Assembly: GCF_000155895.1 (NCBI RefSeq)
Contig: NZ_DS995298.1
Span: 90,001-122,000 of the forward strand
DNA length: 32,000 bases
Source: Candidatus Pelagibacter sp. HTCC7211
GTDB lineage: Bacteria; Pseudomonadota; Alphaproteobacteria; Pelagibacterales; Pelagibacteraceae
Direction of reading: 5' to 3'
Both the position numbers and the translations under genes were made by a program. Of this stretch, positions 29,265 to 32,000 are shown piece after piece; position 1 is the stretch's first letter, and every line of letters begins with the position of its first letter. The notes beneath the pieces are model-generated. The model searched no databases. It was not told where the DNA came from and was given only the letters and a program-made list of their open reading frames with translations.

Positions 29265-30100
29265 CTGTCAAAATTAAATTTTGGTCTATACCAAGAAGTT
29301 CTGCCTAATAAAGAATTCAGTGCACCAGAGAATCTCATTGATTTATTTATGACTTCTTTTTTATTAAGTAAAGCAATATAGAAAATAATCTTCAATAGTT
29401 GTATGAATAATAAAGAAGAAAATTTTAAATAAACTAAAAAAATATTAAAATATTTTTTTTCAAAATAGACTTTTGACCAACCCCAATGCCAATTTCGACA
29501 TTTATCAAATTCAAAACCAATATTTGTTGATTTTGCTCCTAAATGAAAAACTTTAGCAGTTTTATTTATAAAAATTTTTTCATTATTTAATCTGAGCCTT
29601 TTGCATAAATCTAATTCCTCAGCATATAAAAAAATGTTCTCATCAAACATGCCGTAATGCATTATTTTTTTTTTATTTACTAACATTGCAAAACCTTGAA
29701 CACCTTCAGTTTCATTTATATCGCTGTCTAGATAACCATAATGTTTATATTGTGAAATAGGTGATATAATTGAAAAATTATTCTTTAATTTATTGATACT
29801 TTTTAACATATTCTTCTCACAATCTTTTTTTAAAGCTACGTCTGGACTCAATATGAATACAAAAGGAGTTTTTGATTTTCTAATAATTTTATTATTTGCG
29901 GCTCCATAACCTAGATTTTTTTTTGATAGTATAATTTTTATTTTTGGATATTTTTTTTTAATTTTTTTTTTTAAAATTTCATCATTTGAATTGTCTAAAA
30001 TGATTATATTTTCAATTTTTTTAATACTTTTAAGACAGTTAAAAATAACATTTTCACTTCTAAAAGTAACAATACCAACAGTAATTTGATTATAATTCAT
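29261..30100 (-). CDS. Glycosyltransferase family 2
   Basis: 279 aa. The N-terminal GT-A fold has VGIVTFRSENV, ILDNSND, NLGYGAANN and YAEELDL (the ED motif). It has an ATGA overlap with the GT9 gene. Confidence 0.8.
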   Translation of the reverse strand: MNYNQITVGIVTFRSENVIFNCLKSIKKIENIIILDNSNDEILKKKIKKKYPKIKIILSKKNLGYGAANNKIIRKSKTPFVFILSPDVALKKDCEKNMLKSINKLKNNFSIISPISQYKHYGYLDSDINETEGVQGFAMLVNKKKIMHYGMFDENIFLYAEELDLCKRLRLNNEKIFINKTAKVFHLGAKSTNIGFEFDKCRNWHWGWSKVYFEKKYFNIFLVYLKFSSLLFIQLLKIIFYIALLNKKEVINKSMRFSGALNSLLGRTSWYRPKFNFDR

Positions 30101-30133
30101 TTACAATGTCTAATATATTGCGATACTTAAAAA

Positions 30134-31153
30134 ATGAAAGAAAATTTAATTGTCACTGGCGGTTTAGGTTTTATCGGAAGTAATTTAATAAAGTTACTTT
30201 TAAAAAAAAAATTTTCAATCATCAATATTGATAACGTTTCATATTCATCTAATTTTTTTAATTTAAAAGATCTTCCAAAAAAAAATTACAAATTCATTAA
30301 ATGTGACATTAATAATAAAAAAAAACTTGTTAATATCTTTAAAGTATACAAGCCCCTCGCTATCTTTAATCTTGCAGCAGAAACACATGTGGATAGATCG
30401 ATAGACTCACCAAAATCATTTATAGAAAGCAATATAGTGGGTGTATTTAATTTACTAGAGGCTTTCAGGGAACATTATAAAAAATATAAAAAAATTAAAT
30501 TAATACATATTTCTACCGATGAAGTATTTGGTGATATTATAAAAGGAAGATCCAATGAAGATTATCCTTATAAACCTAGCTCACCTTATGCAGCAAGTAA
30601 AGCATCATCAAATCATCTTGTTTCTTCTTATGTAAGAACATTTAAAATACCAGCAATTATAACAAATTGTTCAAATAATTATGGTCCCTGTCAACATCCT
30701 GAAAAATTAATTCCAAAACTAATTTACAACATTCTTAATAACATACCTTTACCAATTTATGGTGATGGTAAAAATTCAAGAGAATGGATATTTGTTGAAG
30801 ACCACTGCGATGCATTATTTCAAGTATTCAAAAAAGGTAAGATAGGAGAGTTCTACAATATAGGTTCTAATAAAAATTATAACAATCTTGAAATTACAAA
30901 AAAACTTATAAATATCTCATCACAACATATTAAACCTGGCAACCATGTCAAAATTAAGTATGTCAAAGATCGACCAGGGCATGATAAAAGATATGCTTTG
31001 AATAGTGATAAAATTAATAAGAAACTTTTATGGAAATCCTCAACAGGAATTAATAAAGGACTTAAAAAAACTTTTTTATGGTATCTAAATAATCAGAAAT
31101 ATTTTAAATCAATAAAAAAAATTCATATAACAAAAAGGCTCGGTACAATATGA
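30134..31153 (+). CDS. rfbB: dTDP-glucose 4,6-dehydratase
   Basis: 339 aa. Contains TGGLGFIGSN (Rossmann), AAETHVDRS, the catalytic triad region STDEVFG...YAASKASSNHL, and DRPGHDKRYA. Confidence 0.92.
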   Translation: MKENLIVTGGLGFIGSNLIKLLLKKKFSIINIDNVSYSSNFFNLKDLPKKNYKFIKCDINNKKKLVNIFKVYKPLAIFNLAAETHVDRSIDSPKSFIESNIVGVFNLLEAFREHYKKYKKIKLIHISTDEVFGDIIKGRSNEDYPYKPSSPYAASKASSNHLVSSYVRTFKIPAIITNCSNNYGPCQHPEKLIPKLIYNILNNIPLPIYGDGKNSREWIFVEDHCDALFQVFKKGKIGEFYNIGSNKNYNNLEITKKLINISSQHIKPGNHVKIKYVKDRPGHDKRYALNSDKINKKLLWKSSTGINKGLKKTFLWYLNNQKYFKSIKKIHITKRLGTI

Positions 31154-32000
31154 TAAAAAAAGGTATAATACTTGCTGGTGGAAAAGGAACAAGAATGAGT
31201 CCATTAACCAAAGCAGTAAATAAACAATTACTACCTATTTATGATAAACCTCTAATTTTTTATCCATTGTCAATTTTGATGCTCTCTAAAATTAAAGATA
31301 TTCTAATTATTGTAAATAAAGGGCAACTAGATCAATACAAAAAATTATTACCAGATGGTAAAAATCTTGGAATTAAAATAACATACATAGAACAAGATAA
31401 ACCAAGGGGATTACCAGATGCATTTATACTAGGTGAAAAATTTATTGGTTCAGATAACGTCTCCATGATATTGGGTGATAATTTTTTTTATGGTCAAAGT
31501 TTATCAGATACTCTTAAAAGGTGTGCTAATCTTAAAATCGGAGCAAAAGTTTTATTATATAAAGTTAATAATCCAGAACTATTTGGGGTTGCAAAAATTG
31601 ACAGAAAAAGCAAAAAAATTAAAGCTTTAAAAGAAAAACCAAAAAAGTTTATTTCAAATCAAGCTGTAACTGGATTATATTTTTTTGATAATAAAGTAAT
31701 TAAGTATGCAAAGAATTTAAAACCTTCAAAAAGAAAAGAGTTGGAAATAGTTGATTTGCTTAATAAGTACAAAACTAAAAAAAAACTCTCTGCGGAATTT
31801 CTTGGTAGAGGTGGGGCTTGGCTTGATACTGGATCTATAGAAGATTATTATAAAACTTCAGCATTTGTTCAGGCAATTGAAAATCGTCAAGGTTTAAAAA
31901 TAGCTTGTCTTGAAGAAATTGCTTTATTAAATAAATGGATATCAAAATCTCAAATAATGAAACAAGTAAAATTTTATGGAAATTGTGAATACTCGAATTA
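31150..32000 (+). CDS. rfbA: Glucose-1-phosphate thymidylyltransferase; 3' end cut by the window edge
   Basis: Not in the ORF track because it has no stop in the window. My translation from the ATG at 31150 is MIKKGIILAGGKGTRMSPLTKAVNKQLLPIYDKPLIFYPLSILMLSKIKDILII...GRGGAWLDTGS. It has an ATGA overlap with rfbB. Confidence 0.9.
   Translation, partial: MIKKGIILAGGKGTRMSPLTKAVNKQLLPIYDKPLIFYPLSILMLSKIKDILIIVNKGQLDQYKKLLPDGKNLGIKITYIEQDKPRGLPDAFILGEKFIGSDNVSMILGDNFFYGQSLSDTLKRCANLKIGAKVLLYKVNNPELFGVAKIDRKSKKIKALKEKPKKFISNQAVTGLYFFDNKVIKYAKNLKPSKRKELEIVDLLNKYKTKKKLSAEFLGRGGAWLDTGSIEDYYKTSAFVQAIENRQGLKIACLEEIALLNKWISKSQIMKQVKFYGNCEYSN

Noticed and set aside
29951-29972. T9 and T11 homopolymers inside the GT2 gene as slipped-strand phase-variation switches
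   Set aside because: They encode poly-Lys (KKKIKKK) with AAA codons. Comparable A/T runs of 9 or more occur in housekeeping genes here, for example murA near 5927..5935. The tracts are therefore compositional background rather than a specific contingency locus. This could be revisited with population data.

Overview
This is a visibly very AT-rich and extremely gene-dense bacterial chromosome segment. I support about 40 protein genes and 4 tRNAs. There is almost no intergenic DNA, and many neighbouring genes share start/stop overlaps of the ATGA, TAATG or GTGA type. Gene content and synteny are alphaproteobacterial: murA-DUF2948-hisD-infA, rpmH-rnpA-yidD-yidC, argB-HAD-dapD-dapE, def-fmt-truA and bolA-Jdomain-cobS-cobT, plus a RegB-type kinase. 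The streamlining suggests a SAR11/Pelagibacterales-like genome, but that is inference, not a database result. Most genes are housekeeping. I saw no rRNA, CRISPR array, transposase, integrase or phage gene. The points most worth a second look are:
- (1) A bolA / zinc-ribbon J-domain / CobS-like AAA+ / CobT-like vWA cluster that probably has nothing to do with cobalamin.
- (2) An adjacent HDAC-family deacetylase and SET-domain methyltransferase pair.
- (3) tRNAs embedded in mRNA gene arrays. A G-1-less, A73 tRNA-His sits 4 nt upstream of hisS-hisZ. infA, tRNA-Phe and csp follow one another closely. A glycosyltransferase CDS only finds its stop codon inside tRNA-Ser.
- (4) A GyrB-like subunit lacking the large proteobacterial insertion, 2 nt upstream of an unpaired regB.
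- (5) An unlisted 33-codon ORF that exactly fills the only apparent gap upstream of dcd.
- (6) A 587-aa exported protein with no recognisable family.
- (7) Two tRNAs with non-canonical T-loops.
A surface-glycan locus (GT9, GT2, rfbB, rfbA) begins right at tRNA-Ser and runs off the window.
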